Shown one piece after another: positions 62,718 to 64,000 of a stretch of DNA of 64,000 nt. The stretch is from Dicyema japonicum (lineage: Eukaryota; Animalia; Dicyemida), in assembly GCA_011109175.1 (NCBI GenBank), contig RDEW01000084.1, positions 24,862-88,861 on the forward strand, in the 5' to 3' direction. Under the pieces are notes generated by a model. That model was not told the origin of the DNA. It made no database searches and was given only the letters and a program-made list of their open reading frames with translations. Every line of letters begins with the position of its first letter. Position 1 is the stretch's first letter. The position numbers were made by a program, and so were the translations under genes.

Positions 62718-64000
62718 ATGTATCTGAGCAATNACAAAAGGAAGAAAACCATCCGTTGCGACTGCTGTGACGCCAGTTTGCATCGTTCTTGCATCAAGTT
62801 GTCCAAGAAGTCTGCTTCATCTCTTACTCGTTGGGTTTGTTCTACTTGCTCCTTTTTCCCTCTACCATACATTCCTCCTGTCATCAGTTCTGAGTCCTCT
62901 GTTTTTATTAATCCTGTCCGCTCCGCGGACCCCTTCCTGCTTAATCCAGAATCTGTCTTAAGACTCGTTCGCAATTATCGAGCTTCCTATCGTATTCACA
63001 TCAGAATTCCTAGATCTGCCCGTCTTTCTGCGGCGAAGGCTTTGTCGGCTTTAATAGAGTCGGTCATTCGTGACCAGACCATTCCGAATTGGAACCGATT
63101 GTTCTGCTTTGCAATATTTGCCCTCGCCGCCCCAGTTCAAGGTTCTTGCTCGAACAAATCCCTTTCCTCTTCCATCAAAGAAAAGATAAATGAGTTCATG
63201 AAGGAATCCTTCATCCTGCTTCCTCTTTTGGACAAGTCAAACAAATCAACTCCAACCATTCCTAAAGACAATCCAATTCGGTTACGCAAACGTATCAACT
63301 CCTGTTTAATGGCGCACGACGTCGGTTCTGCGGTCCGCATTCTTTCATCTTCATATTTCGCCCGCACGATTACTCCGGATGTAGTCAAAATTCTCAGTTC
63401 TAAGCACCCGACTGGCAATGTGCCTAACTTTTGCGCCCAAACATCTGAGGGGGTCTCGATTGCTTCTTCGTCTGTCCAACAACTACTGTCTGCTCTNAAA
63501 CGTATCAACTCCTGTTTAATGGCGCACGACGTCGGTTCTGCGGTCCGTATTCTTTCATCTACATATTTTGTCCGCACGATTACTCCGGATGTAGTCAAGA
63601 TTCTCAGTTCTAAGCACCCGACTGGCAATGTGCCTAACTTTTGCTCCCGAACATCTGAGGGGGTCTCGATTGCTTCTTCGTCTGTCCAACAACTACTGTC
63701 TGTTCTGAAATCTTTTAGGGGCAATAGTAGTGGTGGTGTCGACGGTCTCCGTCCCATTCACTTAATCGACCTCACTTCCGATACTGCCGAGGCTGGAAAC
63801 TGTCTTTCACAATCCATTACCAAGCTTTGTAACTTATTTCTCTGTGGGGATATATCTGAGCATGATAGATTGCTTTTCTTCTCTGCGAACCTGACAGCAT
63901 TGGAGAAAAAAGACGGCGGCATTAGGCCTATTGCCGTCGGGAACGTTTTCCGTCGTTTGTTTGCTAAAGTCGGATGCAAGCTGGTAATTCCATCTATTAG
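62718..64000 (+). mobile_element. CRE-clade retrotransposon ORF (partial PHD finger, linker, start of RT), open to the window end
   Basis: Stop-free frame: IRCDCCDASLHRSC..WVCSTC, RIPRSARLSAA, SSGGVDGLRPIHL and KKDGGIRPIAVGNVFRRL. Confidence 0.9.

Noticed and set aside
63137-63757. 206-aa minus-strand ORF
   Set aside because: Antisense shadow of the plus-strand CRE ORF

Overview
AT-rich eukaryotic genomic DNA from a draft assembly (one 307-nt N gap and several single-N joins). No prokaryotic features, CRISPR arrays, rRNA or intact tRNA genes were seen. Most of the window is decayed, nested transposable elements: CRE-clade RLE non-LTR retrotransposons (at least three subfamilies, two with an N-terminal PHD finger), RTE, Jockey/I/L2-like and R4-like LINEs, a tRNA-derived SINE family, and hAT, pogo/Tigger, MULE and Merlin-like DNA transposons. 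Three host genes were assembled by hand across very small introns (20-31 nt), so the ORF track shows them only as fragments: a Rab11-like GTPase (28943-29696 +), riboflavin kinase (61788-62413 -) and the 5' part of an ankyrin-repeat gene (59203 to about 58745 -). The intron positions appear to match human orthologues as I recall them. That suggests, by inference only, a reduced parasitic animal such as a dicyemid or myxozoan. TE boundaries are approximate unless a TSD or TIR is quoted. All family assignments come from motif recognition, not database searches.
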